Shown one piece after another: positions 17,205 to 32,536 of a DNA stretch of 64,000 bases (positions within the stretch are counted from its first letter, which is position 1; each line of letters starts with the position of its first letter). The notes beneath the pieces are model-generated. The model made no database searches and was not told the origin of the DNA. It saw only the letters and a program-made list of their open reading frames with translations. This stretch comes from an uncultured Acidobacteriota bacterium (lineage in GTDB: Bacteria > Acidobacteriota > Thermoanaerobaculia > Multivoradales > UBA5704), in assembly GCA_963770895.1 (NCBI GenBank), contig CAVYRF010000002.1, positions 2,400,001 to 2,464,000 of the forward strand, written 5' to 3'. Both the position numbers and the translations under genes were made by a program.

Positions 17205-18671
17205 TCAAGGTTGGGAGCGCCGCATTCTGAAGGCGCCGCGCCGCCGGAGCCAGATCAGCAGCGCCATGCCGAGCAAGGCCAGCTCCACCCCGGCCAGGCG
17301 CTCGGCGCTCACTTCCAGGGAGAGCGTATAGAGCAGGCCGAGAGCGAGCAAGAGGGCGACAAAGCCCAGGGCCACGCGGCCGGCCGCGGGCGCGCCGTGC
17401 GGTGCCGCCGGCGGGCTTGCCGGCGATCCGGCGGCCAAGGTCGGCGCGCGCAACAGGCCCCACAACGCCAACGCCATCAGCGCTGCGATCGCCGCGGCTG
17501 CCGCCACCAGCCTGGGGTCGAAAGCGGCAAGTGTGGCGCGCGGGCCGTCCAGCGCCGCACCTGCCTGCGCCGCTGTCGCACCGGACGATGCCGTGGCCGC
17601 ACCGGGCGCCGCCGTGGCTGCACCCGGCGCCGCGGTGGCGTCGGCTGGCGCCGCAGCCGCGCCGGATGCCGCGGGCGCGCCGGTCGGCGCTGCCGCCGTA
17701 CTGGAGGGCGCCGCGGCTGCCAGCGCAGGCGAGGCTGGCGGCTGGATCGCGAGCTGCTGGCTGGCGCTGAGCGCCAGCGGCCTGCCGGCCTGCATCAGGC
17801 CGGTTGCCGCCCAGGCCAGGGTAGCGGTCCTGGGCAGCGGCGCCGAGCTGTCGGTGCGCGTCAGCGGCACGTCGAAGATCAAGCCCTGCGCGGTGGATCG
17901 CACCCGCGGCCGGCCGACCTGGAACGTCGATTGCGGCTCGAAGAAGATGTCGGCGCCGCCGGCGGCGGCGCTCACCCCGTCCAGGCGGATCTGGAGCTGC
18001 TGGCCGGAGATGCTCCCGGTCGCGGCGACGCCCGGCTGCCGGTCGGCCGGCAGAGGCACCTGGGCAAACCAGCGATCGAGCAGCGGCGAGGTCGCCGGGT
18101 CAGGCTGGGCCGTATCGCCCAGCGGCTGGTCGAGCGCCAGCGTATAGCGGTGCGGCACGCAGTCGACCTGGCAGACCAGGTAGTCGACGTCCGCGGTGAG
18201 CCGCACCTGGCTGGCGCTGGTGCTGAGGGTCGCCCGCACCGGGTAGACCGCTTCGCCCTCGTAGCCGAAGGCTTCCAGCCCCCCGGCCAGTTCGAACCGA
18301 TGCGGTGCGGGCCACAGCATCTCGGGATAGGACAGCCCCGGCACGCGGCCGAACGCGACGACCGGCGCGAAGCCCGCGTCGCCCGAATTTTTCCAGTACA
18401 CGTGCCAGCTCGGCGGCAGCCGGAACTGGATGCCCAGGCGCAGCTCTCCCTGCCGCGGCGCCACCCGATACGCGGTGATCAGGCGCACCTGCGACTGCGG
18501 ATTGACCGCCCAATCCGATGCCGCGGCCGCCGCCGGCCGGCCCGCCGCGGCTCCCAGGCCGCACAGCGCCGCGACCAGCACGGCGCGGGCGACAGCGCCA
18601 CGCCGCCGCCGGCCCTGGCTCCGCCCTCCCCGCCCGGAATCGTCGTGCTCGCGCGCCGTCTCAGCCCCCAT
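17205..18671 (-). CDS. DsbD N-terminal (protein-disulfide reductase) domain protein with C-terminal TM helices
   Basis: WHVYWKNSGDAG, WPAP.R, GY.G, YLVC..DCVP; Ala-rich linker then hydrophobic helices; start uncertain. Confidence 0.8.
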   Translation of the reverse strand: MGAETAREHDDSGRGGRSQGRRRRGAVARAVLVAALCGLGAAAGRPAAAAASDWAVNPQSQVRLITAYRVAPRQGELRLGIQFRLPPSWHVYWKNSGDAGFAPVVAFGRVPGLSYPEMLWPAPHRFELAGGLEAFGYEGEAVYPVRATLSTSASQVRLTADVDYLVCQVDCVPHRYTLALDQPLGDTAQPDPATSPLLDRWFAQVPLPADRQPGVAATGSISGQQLQIRLDGVSAAAGGADIFFEPQSTFQVGRPRVRSTAQGLIFDVPLTRTDSSAPLPRTATLAWAATGLMQAGRPLALSASQQLAIQPPASPALAAAAPSSTAAAPTGAPAASGAAAAPADATAAPGAATAAPGAATASSGATAAQAGAALDGPRATLAAFDPRLVAAAAAIAALMALALWGLLRAPTLAAGSPASPPAAPHGAPAAGRVALGFVALLLALGLLYTLSLEVSAERLAGVELALLGMALLIWLRRRGAFRMRRSQP

Positions 18672-18823
18672 CCAGGATCAAAACACGTGCCGCCGGTTGG
18701 TCATTCCGCGGAGCAGGGGGAGCGCGCGGGTCGGGCGGTCCTCCGCGGGGGTGCTCCGACAGCCCCGGCATGGCTCGCATCCGTTCGTCCCAAGCGGCTG
18801 GACGCAGCTAGAATCGTGCGGTC

Positions 18824-20299
18824 ATGCGGGTTTTTTTCACCAACCTGGGATGCAAGCTCAACCAGGCCGAAAACGATCGGCTGGCTGGGCAGTTCCTGAC
18901 CGCCGGCCATCAGCTGGCGAGGTCGCTGGCCGAAGCGGACCTGCATGTCGTCAATTCGTGCACGGTCACCGCCAACGCCGCCCGCACGTCGCGCAAGGCG
19001 GCGCGGGCCGGCGCACGGGCTGCCGCCACGGCCGGCGACGGCGGGGGCGGCGGCCGGCAGCTTGGGGACGCGGCGCCGCCTTTGCGCACGGTGCTGACGG
19101 GGTGCTACGCCACGGCTGCGCCGGAGGAGGCGGCCGGGCTGGCCGGCGTCGACCTGGTGATCGCCAACGCCGACAAGGATCGCCTGATGGAGCGGGTGAC
19201 CAGCAGCTTTTCGCCGGCACCCCAGGCCCCGTCTGGAGCGGGCGACCTGACCGGCGCCAGCCTCGGCCTCGGCCCCGGTCGCCCGCTCCCCCCTCTCTTT
19301 GCGCCGCCCTCGCCGGGCAATACGCGGGCGCTGGTCAAGGTGGAGGACGGCTGCGACATGGGGTGCTCCTTCTGCATCATCCCGCGGACGCGCGGCAGCC
19401 AGCACAGCCGGCCGGCGGCGGAAATAGTGGCAGAGGTGCGCGGATTGCTGGCCGCGGGCTACCGCGAGATCGTGGTGACCGGCGTGCAGATCTCGGCGTG
19501 GCGCGGCCGCCTCGATGGCACCCAGGACCGCGACCACCGTCACGCGGGGCGCCTGGCGGACCTGGTGCGGCAGCTGCTGGCGACACTGCCGGCGACGACG
19601 GCAACGACCGCGACGACGGCGACGACGGCAGCCACGGCGGCCTCGGTGGATGCGGCGGGCGGCGCGCCGGCGGCGCGTCTGCGGCTGACCTCGATCGCTC
19701 CCTGGCAGCTCGCGGAGGAGCTGCTTGAGCTGTGGGCCGATCCTCGCCTCTGCCGGCACCTCCACCTGTCGCTGCAGAGCGGCGCCACCGCCACGCTGCG
19801 GCGGATGCGGCGCCCCTACTCGGCGGAATCGTACGTCCGCAAGGTCGAGGCGGTGCGCTCCGCGATCCCCGGAGTCGCCGTCACCACCGACGTGATCGTC
19901 GGCTTCCCCGGCGAGTCGGACGCCGAGTTCGACGAGAGCCTGGCGACGGTGGCGCGGCTCGGGTTTGCCAAGGTGCACGTGTTTCCGTTTTCGTCGCGTC
20001 CGGGCACGGCGGCGGCAGCGCTGCCGGGGGTGGTGGCGCCTGCCCTTCTGCGGCAGCGCATGGGCCGGATGCAGGTGGTGGCGGAACGTGCGGCGCGGGC
20101 CTTCCAGGAGGCGCAGCTGGGCCGCCGTGCGACGGTGCTGTGGGAGGGGCCGCAGGCGGGCCGCGGCCAGGGCCTGACCGACAACTACGTGCGGGTGTTC
20201 AGCCCCCAGGCCGAGCACCGGTGGAACCAGATGACCGAGGTCGAGCTGCTGGCGGTGACCGACGGCGGCGTCACCGGTCGCCTGATCCCCGCCGGGTAG
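18824..20299 (+). CDS. mtaB: tRNA methylthiotransferase, MtaB type (radical SAM)
   Basis: LGCKLN..E, NSC.VT, TGCYA, CDMGCSFC, HL.LQSG, D.IVGFPGE, G.TDNY..V. Confidence 0.85.
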   Translation: MRVFFTNLGCKLNQAENDRLAGQFLTAGHQLARSLAEADLHVVNSCTVTANAARTSRKAARAGARAAATAGDGGGGGRQLGDAAPPLRTVLTGCYATAAPEEAAGLAGVDLVIANADKDRLMERVTSSFSPAPQAPSGAGDLTGASLGLGPGRPLPPLFAPPSPGNTRALVKVEDGCDMGCSFCIIPRTRGSQHSRPAAEIVAEVRGLLAAGYREIVVTGVQISAWRGRLDGTQDRDHRHAGRLADLVRQLLATLPATTATTATTATTAATAASVDAAGGAPAARLRLTSIAPWQLAEELLELWADPRLCRHLHLSLQSGATATLRRMRRPYSAESYVRKVEAVRSAIPGVAVTTDVIVGFPGESDAEFDESLATVARLGFAKVHVFPFSSRPGTAAAALPGVVAPALLRQRMGRMQVVAERAARAFQEAQLGRRATVLWEGPQAGRGQGLTDNYVRVFSPQAEHRWNQMTEVELLAVTDGGVTGRLIPAG

Positions 20300-21719
20300 G
20301 GCGCGCGACGCCGGTGACGCGCTCGACGATCTGGTAGAGGCCGAACTTGGGCAGCCGCATGAAGCCTGACCAGGCCGCGGCGGCCAGGGTGCCTTCGGCC
20401 ATCCATTCCGCCAGCCAGTCGCCGGCGTGCTGCGGCTCGCGCTGCTTGAGGCCGGCGCCGTTTTCGATCGCCCAGCGGCGGTTGTAGCGCTCGTGGATGC
20501 CCACCGGCTGCGAGAACACCAGCGGAATGCCGAGCGCCGCGAAGAAGGTCATTTCGCTGGGTTTGGTCCACAGGATGTCGGTCTGGGCGAGCAGCTGGTT
20601 GAAACCGGCGAAGTAGCCGGCCAGGTCGCCGGCCAGGAAGATCTGCACGCCGGCCCCCAGGCTGCCGCCCAGGCCGGCATCGCGCACCCAGCGCTCGAAC
20701 CGCGCGGCGACTTCAGGCCGGGTGCCGGCCGCCAGGGTGAGGCGCAGCCGGCCGTCCTGGATCAGCGGCGCCAGGCTGTGCACGAGCGGCTGCGCCAGCT
20801 CGGCCTGGGCGCCGGCGCCGCCGACGGTGAAGGTGAGGCGCGGCGGCTGGCGCTCCTCCGATTCGGGCAGCTCGACGTCCAGAAAATGGCGGATCTCGCG
20901 CTCGGCCTGCTGCCGGAACGCCCCCTCGGGATCGAGCCGCACCAGCCGCCCGGCGAGGTTGTGCCGCAGGACCGGCAGCTCGGGGCCGCCCAGCAGCTCG
21001 GGCGGCAGCGGAAAGCCGGTGAACTCGATCTGGCCGGGCGGCACGCCGTAGGCGCGCAGCCGCTCCAGCGCCCGCCGGCTGGGCGTGAGGTAGACGATGC
21101 TGTTGCCGTGCGGATCGATGGGCACCCAGACGCGGTTCAGATCCACGTCGGTCACCACGCAGTAGATTGGCGCGCAGCCGTGATGCTGGGCGACGATCGC
21201 CGGCGCGAAATAGGTGGTGACCAGCGGCGAGCCGGTGGCGCGCAGCCGCTCGACCAGCCCGGCGCCCAACCCCTTTTCCACCAGGCGAAAGAGCGAGCGC
21301 GCCTGGAGCGTGGGCCGCGACAGGTCGCGCTTGGGGTAGAGGTGGGGGATCGACGTCAGGCTGTCGAGCAGCGCGCGCAGCGGGCCGCCGATGACCGGCA
21401 GCTGCGAGGCGCGCGCCGTGGCTTCGTACAGCCGGCGCGCCGAGCGCCACAGGCGCTGCTCTTCGGCGCCGGCCAGGAGCGGGCTTTCCACCTGCAGCAG
21501 CTCGACCCCGAGGGCGGTCGCCAGCGCCGCAGCGGCTCGCAGATGGCCGTAGCCCATCTCGGCCGCGGCGACGATCGGCGGCGCCGCCGGCGCGCTCGCC
21601 GGGGCGGCACCCGTCAAGGCCGGGTCCGATGCCGTCGTTACCGCCGGCGAGCCCGCGGGCGCGGTGGCAGCGCCGACGGGCACCAGGCCGGGAGCGATCG
21701 CGATGGCGGGAGCGGACAC
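20271..21719 (-). CDS. Conserved hypothetical protein with GT-B/MGDG-synthase-like features (DUF6938-like)
   Basis: MGYGH.RAA, VVTD.DL.R.W, TGFPLP, VGGAGAQ, DILWTKPSE..F, P.G.HE..N; GTG start at 21719 is an estimate. Confidence 0.65.
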   Translation of the reverse strand: MSAPAIAIAPGLVPVGAATAPAGSPAVTTASDPALTGAAPASAPAAPPIVAAAEMGYGHLRAAAALATALGVELLQVESPLLAGAEEQRLWRSARRLYEATARASQLPVIGGPLRALLDSLTSIPHLYPKRDLSRPTLQARSLFRLVEKGLGAGLVERLRATGSPLVTTYFAPAIVAQHHGCAPIYCVVTDVDLNRVWVPIDPHGNSIVYLTPSRRALERLRAYGVPPGQIEFTGFPLPPELLGGPELPVLRHNLAGRLVRLDPEGAFRQQAEREIRHFLDVELPESEERQPPRLTFTVGGAGAQAELAQPLVHSLAPLIQDGRLRLTLAAGTRPEVAARFERWVRDAGLGGSLGAGVQIFLAGDLAGYFAGFNQLLAQTDILWTKPSEMTFFAALGIPLVFSQPVGIHERYNRRWAIENGAGLKQREPQHAGDWLAEWMAEGTLAAAAWSGFMRLPKFGLYQIVERVTGVARPTRRGSGDR

Positions 21720-21853
21720 AGGGTGGGGGTGTGGTGGTCGAGGGGGCTTGGTCCGCTTCCGGGTTCCGCAGGCGTGCCCGGCGAGGCCGGCCGCACAGCA
21801 GCGCGGGGGGTGATCTCCGGGGGCTCCGGGGCTCCGGGCGCCGAAGCGCCGGT

Positions 21854-22459
21854 TCAACCGCCGAAACGCAATGGAATCAGCGTCAGACCAGCGTAACCCA
21901 GGAAGGCGAGCAGATGGTAGCAGCCTTCGACCAGCAGGCGGGCGGTGAAGCCCGAAGCGGCGCCGACCAGCACGCCCGCCGCCACGTCCAGCGGGTAGTG
22001 GGCGCCCAGGTAGACGCGCGAGATGGCGATGCCGAACGCCAGGGTGAGGGTGAGCAGCGCGATACCGCTGCCCTGGCCGGCGAGCGCCGCGGCGACGCCG
22101 AAGGCCGCCGCCGTGTGGCCGGAGGGGAAGGAGAAGCAGTCCGGCACCTTGACCAGGGCGGCGAAGCCGCCGATGCCGGTCGCCGGCCGCGGCCGGCAGA
22201 TCGTGCGCTTGAGCACCTGCGAGCCGGCCACCGCCAGGCCCGCACCGGTGCCCAGCAGCCAGGCGAGGTGAGGGCCCGACACCGCTCCCACGGTCAGTCC
22301 CACCACCACCCAGGCCGCGGGATCGCCCATGCGCGTCAGCATGCGCATGAGCCGCGTCATCATCGCCGATTCCCATCGGCGAACGGCAAGGAGGATCGCC
22401 AGATCGACCGAGACGACGCGCTTCCACGTCGCCTGGCTGGCGGTGCGCAGGTAGCTCAC
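21854..22459 (-). CDS. PAP2 family phosphatase
   Basis: K....[22 protein letters not shown]; GTG start overlaps upstream stop (GTGA). Confidence 0.92.
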   Translation of the reverse strand: MSYLRTASQATWKRVVSVDLAILLAVRRWESAMMTRLMRMLTRMGDPAAWVVVGLTVGAVSGPHLAWLLGTGAGLAVAGSQVLKRTICRPRPATGIGGFAALVKVPDCFSFPSGHTAAAFGVAAALAGQGSGIALLTLTLAFGIAISRVYLGAHYPLDVAAGVLVGAASGFTARLLVEGCYHLLAFLGYAGLTLIPLRFGG

Positions 22460-23850
22460 GCCAGGGCCTCCAGGCTGGAGACCGCTTCGGCGTCGACGGC
22501 GGTGAGGACGCTTCCCGCGCCGATGCGCAAGCGGTTCTCTCGCCAATAGATGGTGGTGCGGAAGGCGCCCGCCAGCCAGACCGCGGCGATCAGCAGGTCC
22601 TTGCAGGGGATGAGGGCGAGCGAGCGCAGCGGCAGGCGGCTGCCGCGCAGCTGGCGGGCGAGCACGGCGTCCGCCGTCACCTTGACGGTGAGCCCGACGC
22701 CGGCGGCGATCGCCGCGACGGTGAGCGTGCCCGACCCGCGCCGCGCCGCGACAGCCAGCAGGGCAAGCAGCCAGGGCAGCGGGTTGAGCAGCGGCTCGGC
22801 AAAGAAGGCCGGCGACAGGCGCCGCCGCATTTGCGCCCAGCGCAGGTGGCGGCCGAGGAACTCGCGCACCGAACGGTGCTGATGCATGACCGGCAGGATA
22901 TGCGAGGAAAGGGCCACGGTGAGGCCGGCGGCGGCGAAGCGGCATCCGAGCACGTAGTCTTCTGCAAGCACATCCCGTACCCCTTCGAATCCGCCCACCG
23001 CCTCCAGGTCGCCGCGCCGGAACAGCATCGACTTGCCGACGACGCACGGAAAGCCCAGGGTCTGCGCGCCGCATACCGATCCGGCGACGAAGGAGTTGAG
23101 GTGCAGATTTTCCAGCCGGGCGCCCAGGCTGGCCTCGCCGGTGCCGGCCAGGACCGAGGAGACCAGGCGGGCGCCGCGCCGCGTGTGGGCGGCAAGGGCG
23201 CGCAGGTAGCCGGGGTGGGCGCGGACGTTCGAGTCGGAGATCAGCAGCAGCTCGTGCCGGGCGTGGCCGGCCAGCGAGGCCAGGTTGGTGACCTTCGGGT
23301 TGTAGCCCAGGGGCGCGGCGCCGGCGACGACGGTGATCGCCACGTCGGGATACTGGTCGCGCAGCCGCGCCGCCACCGCCAGGGCCGGGTCGTCAGGGTC
23401 CTCGGTCCCCAGGACCAGCTGGAAGCTGGGGTAGTCCTGCGCCGCCAGCGAAGCAAGGTTGGCGAACAGGCCCTCCTCCAGCCCCTTGAGCGGCTTGAGC
23501 ACCGAGATGGCCGGCAGGTCGGTGGCGGCGGCGAGGACGGCGGCGGCGTCCGCTGCGCCGGATGCCGAGCGGCCGGCGGCCCTGTCGCGGTCTCCCGCCA
23601 GAGCGCCGGGCGGCGCCACGGCTCCCGGCGGCGGCGCCTGGCCCACCGTCCAGCGCAGCACGCGGCGCAGCAGCAGGTTGAACCAGGCAAAGGGGAGCGG
23701 CCCGGACTGGCGGCCGGCATCGCGGGTCAGGGTGCTCAGGGCGCGTGCGACGCTGCTGACGGTCGCCAGCAAGGACACCGCCGCGGCGAGCGCCAGCAAG
23801 TCGAGCAACGTGGCGAGGGTGTTCAAAGTCGTACTTTCCTCTACCGGCAA
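22456..23850 (-). CDS. Ceramide glucosyltransferase-like GT21 (HpnI-like) glycosyltransferase
   Basis: [35 protein letters not shown] motifs; start uncertain. Confidence 0.88.
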   Translation of the reverse strand: MPVEESTTLNTLATLLDLLALAAAVSLLATVSSVARALSTLTRDAGRQSGPLPFAWFNLLLRRVLRWTVGQAPPPGAVAPPGALAGDRDRAAGRSASGAADAAAVLAAATDLPAISVLKPLKGLEEGLFANLASLAAQDYPSFQLVLGTEDPDDPALAVAARLRDQYPDVAITVVAGAAPLGYNPKVTNLASLAGHARHELLLISDSNVRAHPGYLRALAAHTRRGARLVSSVLAGTGEASLGARLENLHLNSFVAGSVCGAQTLGFPCVVGKSMLFRRGDLEAVGGFEGVRDVLAEDYVLGCRFAAAGLTVALSSHILPVMHQHRSVREFLGRHLRWAQMRRRLSPAFFAEPLLNPLPWLLALLAVAARRGSGTLTVAAIAAGVGLTVKVTADAVLARQLRGSRLPLRSLALIPCKDLLIAAVWLAGAFRTTIYWRENRLRIGAGSVLTAVDAEAVSSLEALA

Positions 23851-23924
23851 GATCCCATTGTGGGGTTACGGGCTCGTGGCATCGCGGTCACGTGCCGGTC
23901 AGGAGTGTGCTACAAGAGTACCGC

Positions 23925-24773
23925 ATGTCCACCAGATTCGTCGCCGCGGCGGTCCAGCTGACCTCCACCTCGGACGAAGAGGCCAACTGGAGCGCCGCCC
24001 GCGACCTGATCGAACAGGCCGCCGGGCGGGGGGCCGCACTGGTCGCCACGCCCGAAAACACCAACTTCCTGGGCCCCCACGATGAGAAGGTGCGGCGGGC
24101 CGAGCCGCTGGACGGACCGACGGTCGGCCGCTTCGCCGACCTGGCCCGCCGCCTGGGCATCCACCTGCTGCTCGGCTCGTTCAACGAGCGCAGCGACGAG
24201 CCGCAGCGCTGCCACAATACCAGCGTCCTGCTCGGCCCCGACGGCCAGGTGCTGGCGGCCTACCGCAAGCTGCACATGTTCGACGTCGACATCCCCGGCG
24301 GCGTGCGCTTCCTGGAGTCGACGACGTGCAAGCCCGGCGACGCCGCGCAGCCGCCGGCCGACCCAGCCCGCCCCGGCCTGGTGGTGGCGGCGACGCCGCT
24401 CGCCCGCCTGGGGCTGACGATCTGCTACGACCTGCGGTTCGGCGAGATGTACCGCCGGCTGGCCGACCTGGGGGCGGAAGTGATCGCCGTGCCGTCGGCC
24501 TTCACCCTGGCGACCGGCAAGGACCATTGGGAGCCGCTGCTGCGCGCCCGCGCCATTGAAACCCAGTGCTACGTGGTGGCGCCGGCCCAATTCGGTCACC
24601 ACGACGACGGCGGCCTGCGCGACAGCTACGGCCACGCGATGATCGTCGACCCATGGGGGCTGCCGGTCGCCGTCGCCTCCGATGGGCCGGGCCTGGCGAT
24701 CGCCGAAATCGACCTGGCGCGGGTCGAGCGCGTCCGCCGCGCCATCCCGGTGCGCCAGCACCGCCGGCTGTAA
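23925..24773 (+). CDS. Carbon-nitrogen hydrolase (Nit1/deaminated-glutathione amidase-like)
   Basis: Glu-Lys-Cys triad: [18 protein letters not shown]; [14 protein letters not shown]. Confidence 0.92.
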   Translation: MSTRFVAAAVQLTSTSDEEANWSAARDLIEQAAGRGAALVATPENTNFLGPHDEKVRRAEPLDGPTVGRFADLARRLGIHLLLGSFNERSDEPQRCHNTSVLLGPDGQVLAAYRKLHMFDVDIPGGVRFLESTTCKPGDAAQPPADPARPGLVVAATPLARLGLTICYDLRFGEMYRRLADLGAEVIAVPSAFTLATGKDHWEPLLRARAIETQCYVVAPAQFGHHDDGGLRDSYGHAMIVDPWGLPVAVASDGPGLAIAEIDLARVERVRRAIPVRQHRRL

Positions 24774-24897
24774 CCGGCGCCTCGGAGTGGCCGAGCCCGG
24801 CCGGGCCGGCGAAGGCCGGGCAACGCGGCGCCGGTATGCACGGCCGACCCGGCTCCGGCGGCGGAATGGCGCGCCGCGGAAAGGTGTTGGGATCGAC

Positions 24898-29565
<4,668 letters not shown>

Positions 29566-29654
29566 ACTGTCCATTCCCTTGCACCTTGCAGGGAGTCCTC
29601 AAGCGGGCTAAGGTAAAGAAGGGTAGACAAATGGTACAGAAAGAAAGAACCGCG

Positions 29655-29903
29655 ATGAGCCTCAACGTCAAGGACCCCGAGGTCCACCGGCTTGCCCAAG
29701 CCATCGCTCAGGCCACCGGAGAGACCATGACCACCGCCGTCAAGGAAGCCCTGAGGGAGCGCTACGAACGGATCCAGAAGCGCGATCCAGAGGCGCTCGC
29801 CGCCGACCTCCGGGCAATCGCCAAGCGCGCCGCCGCTCATGTGAAGGGTTCTTACCTCGACCACGCCGAACTGCTCTACGACGAACGCGGGCTTCCCAAA
29901 TGA
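29655..29903 (+). CDS. vapB: Type II antitoxin VapB (Rv0623-like)
   Basis: MSLNVKD.EV.RLA..IA..TGE.MT.AV..AL.ER and LYDE.GLP C-terminus; ATGA overlap with toxin. Confidence 0.88.
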   Translation: MSLNVKDPEVHRLAQAIAQATGETMTTAVKEALRERYERIQKRDPEALAADLRAIAKRAAAHVKGSYLDHAELLYDERGLPK

Positions 29904-30289
29904 TCCTGGATTGTTCGCCGCTCGTGGCCATCCTTGCGGGGGAGCCGGATGCGGAACTGTACATCCAGGCCATCAGCCGCGCCCCGCGGTGCCGCATTTC
30001 CGCGGGAAACTTCATCGAGCTCTCGATTGTCGTCGAGAGCCAATTCCCCATTGAAGTACTGCGGCAATGCGACGCGCTGTTTCGCCGGGTGGGCATCGTG
30101 ATCGAACCGGTGACCGTCGAGCACGCGCAGCTCGCGCGCCAAGCCTTCCACGACTTTGGCAAAGGCCGCCACCCGGCGGGACTGAATTTTGGCGACTGCT
30201 TCGCCTATGCGCTCGCCAGGCACACTGGCGAGCCGCTCCTGTTCAAGGGGAACGACTTCAGTAAGACCGACATTGTCTCCGCGCTATGA
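29900..30289 (+). CDS. vapC: Type II toxin VapC (PIN domain)
   Basis: MILD.S..VAIL..E, S.....E, GKGRHPA.LNFGDCFAYALA......LLFKG.DF..TD. Confidence 0.93.
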   Translation: MILDCSPLVAILAGEPDAELYIQAISRAPRCRISAGNFIELSIVVESQFPIEVLRQCDALFRRVGIVIEPVTVEHAQLARQAFHDFGKGRHPAGLNFGDCFAYALARHTGEPLLFKGNDFSKTDIVSAL

Positions 30290-30344
30290 CGTGCAACCGT
30301 TCCTGACCGCCATCCGAGCACCTGCAAGAGCAGGCGCGGGCGGG

Positions 30345-31271
30345 CTACGAATGTCCCGGCTGCGGTGTCGGGGCGGTGGTGGGGACGCCCAGGGCGGTGA
30401 GGGTGTCGGCTAGCTTGGCGTCGAAGAGGGCGGGTGCGGTGAGCATGGGGAAGTGGCCCAGCTGGAGGGGCGCCAGGTCGAGGATGGCGAAGTCGGCGTG
30501 GTGGCGCTGGCCGGCGGCGGCGTCGCTGGTGAGGGAGGTGTTGATCGCACGGATGGGCACGTGCACGCGTGCGAAGGCGGCGGCGGTGTCGTAGTCGAAC
30601 ATGGTGCGCAGAAGCGCCAGGGCTATGTCGCGGTCGGCCGCCGCAAACTGCGCCTGCAGGCGGTCGCGGATCGCGGCGTCGCACTGGCTGGGCAGCAGCG
30701 AATCGACGAACAGCTTGCTGGTGGCGGCGTAGTCGTTCTGCCAGCGCGCGATCAGGGCGTCGGTCTGCGCGGTGGTCGCGTGGCGCTCGACGTTGTGGAA
30801 GGTGTCGACGCCGATCACGGCGATGACCCGGTCCGGCATCGTGCTGGCCGCTTCCAGCGCCACCGGACCGCCCATCGAATGCCCGATCAGCACCGCGCGC
30901 CGCACGTCCAGGGCGACCAGCACGGCGCGCACGTCTTCACCCAGCGAGGCCAGCGTCCAGTCCTTGCGCTCCTTGCCCGAATCGCCGTGGCCGGCGAGGT
31001 CGAGGGTGATGACTTCGCGCTGGGTGCTGAAGCGCTGCACCTGCTCGTCCCAGTGGTGGCGGTCGCACGACCAGCCGTGGATGAAGACCAGCGCCGGCTC
31101 GCCGCGCCCTTCGGCGTGATAGCGGATCGGCACCCCGTCGCTCGATGCCACCATCGCGTCGGCAGCGTCGTGGGCGATCGGCCGCGGCATCGGCGGCGCT
31201 GCGGGCGGCGGCGTGACGGGCTGGCAGGCGATTGCGGCCAGCCCCACAAAGACGACGGTGGTCAGACGCAT
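30345..31271 (-). CDS. Alpha/beta hydrolase, probable lipoprotein
   Basis: LAAIAC lipobox, FIHGW, DLAGHG.S, GHSMGG, GHFPM. Confidence 0.9.
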   Translation of the reverse strand: MRLTTVVFVGLAAIACQPVTPPPAAPPMPRPIAHDAADAMVASSDGVPIRYHAEGRGEPALVFIHGWSCDRHHWDEQVQRFSTQREVITLDLAGHGDSGKERKDWTLASLGEDVRAVLVALDVRRAVLIGHSMGGPVALEAASTMPDRVIAVIGVDTFHNVERHATTAQTDALIARWQNDYAATSKLFVDSLLPSQCDAAIRDRLQAQFAAADRDIALALLRTMFDYDTAAAFARVHVPIRAINTSLTSDAAAGQRHHADFAILDLAPLQLGHFPMLTAPALFDAKLADTLTALGVPTTAPTPQPGHS

Positions 31272-31453
31272 GGCGGTCACTCCCGGTCGACGGCCCAGAA
31301 GGTGCCAACGATAGCGCAGCGCCGCCCACGCGGGCCAGCGATGCCTGGCCGTCGTCGCGGGTGGTGCGCTTCGGCGCACGAATCCTTGGGGGCGTGGCGA
31401 AGAGTAGAATCCGACGTGGAGCCGCCGCTGGCGAGCGCGGCAAGGAGGTTGTC

Positions 31454-32464
31454 ATGAGGTTGGCTTGGATGCCGGCGATGGTGATCGCGGCTGGCGGATT
31501 GCTGGTGGCGGGCGGCGCGGCGGGTGCGGCGGCGGCGGGTGCGACGGCGGAAGCGACGGCGGTGTCGGCGTCATCGGCGGCATCGGCGACGTCGGCGATG
31601 GACGCGAGCGCGCCCGTTTCCCCCGAGGCTTACCGCAAGGAGATCGAAGCCTGGCGGGCAGAGCGGCTGGCTGGTCTGCGGAATCCCGAAGGCTGGCTGA
31701 CCCTGGTGGGGCTGTTCTGGCTGGACGAGGGCCAGAACCGCTTCGGCACCGACCCCGCCAACCGGGTGGTGCTGCCGGCCGGCAGGGGGCCGGCGGTGGC
31801 CGGGACCCTGGAGCGGCACGGCGACACGGTGACGCTCAAGGCCGCGCCCGGCGTGGGCGTCCAGATCGACGGCGCGCCGGTGAGCGAGCGGACCTTGCAT
31901 TTCGAGCCCAAAAAAGAGCCGGTGATCGTGCGCTTGGGCTCGGTGAGCTTCTTCCTGATTCAGCGCGGCGACAAGCTGGGGGTGCGGATGCGGGACAGCC
32001 AGAGCCCGGCGCTGGCCGCGTTCCACGGCGTGGACAGCTTCGCCGTCGATCCCTCGTGGCGGGTGGTCGCCCGCTTCGAGCCCTACGCCACCCCCAAGCA
32101 GATCCCCATCACCAATATCCTGGGGATGACCGCCAATCAACCTTCGCCGGGCGCCGTGGTGTTCGAGCGCGACGGCCATAGCTACCGGCTGGATGCGCTG
32201 CAGGCGTCGGACGGGTCGCTGTTCCTGCTCTTCGCCGACCGCACCAGCGGCCGCGAAACCTACGGCGCCGGCCGCTTCCTGGATACCGACGCGCCGCGCG
32301 ACGGCAAGGTGGTGATCGACTTCAACAAGGCGTACAACCCGCCCTGCGCGTTCACCTCCTTTGCCACCTGCCCGCTGCCGCCGTCGCAAAACCACCTGGC
32401 GGTCGCGATCGACGCCGGCGAAAAGAAGTACGGCGAGGGCGAGCACGCCCCGTCGGGCCGGTAG
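31454..32464 (+). CDS. DUF1684 family exported protein
   Basis: GWL..VGL.WL, F.D.TSG.ETYGAGRFL, DFNKAYNPPCAF..FATCPLPP..N.L...I.AGEK; SD AGGAGG. Confidence 0.88.
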   Translation: MRLAWMPAMVIAAGGLLVAGGAAGAAAAGATAEATAVSASSAASATSAMDASAPVSPEAYRKEIEAWRAERLAGLRNPEGWLTLVGLFWLDEGQNRFGTDPANRVVLPAGRGPAVAGTLERHGDTVTLKAAPGVGVQIDGAPVSERTLHFEPKKEPVIVRLGSVSFFLIQRGDKLGVRMRDSQSPALAAFHGVDSFAVDPSWRVVARFEPYATPKQIPITNILGMTANQPSPGAVVFERDGHSYRLDALQASDGSLFLLFADRTSGRETYGAGRFLDTDAPRDGKVVIDFNKAYNPPCAFTSFATCPLPPSQNHLAVAIDAGEKKYGEGEHAPSGR

Positions 32465-32536
32465 CCCGGCGGCGCCACCCGCCGGGCTGCGACCACGGCC
32501 AGGCGCCCCGGTTCGGGCCTGGGCGCCGCTGCTGCT

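Noticed and set aside
14485-18899. Long plus-strand ORFs 14485-16323 and 16461-18899
   Set aside because: Antisense shadows of the kinase, redoxin and DsbD genes, expected in high-GC DNA where stops are rare
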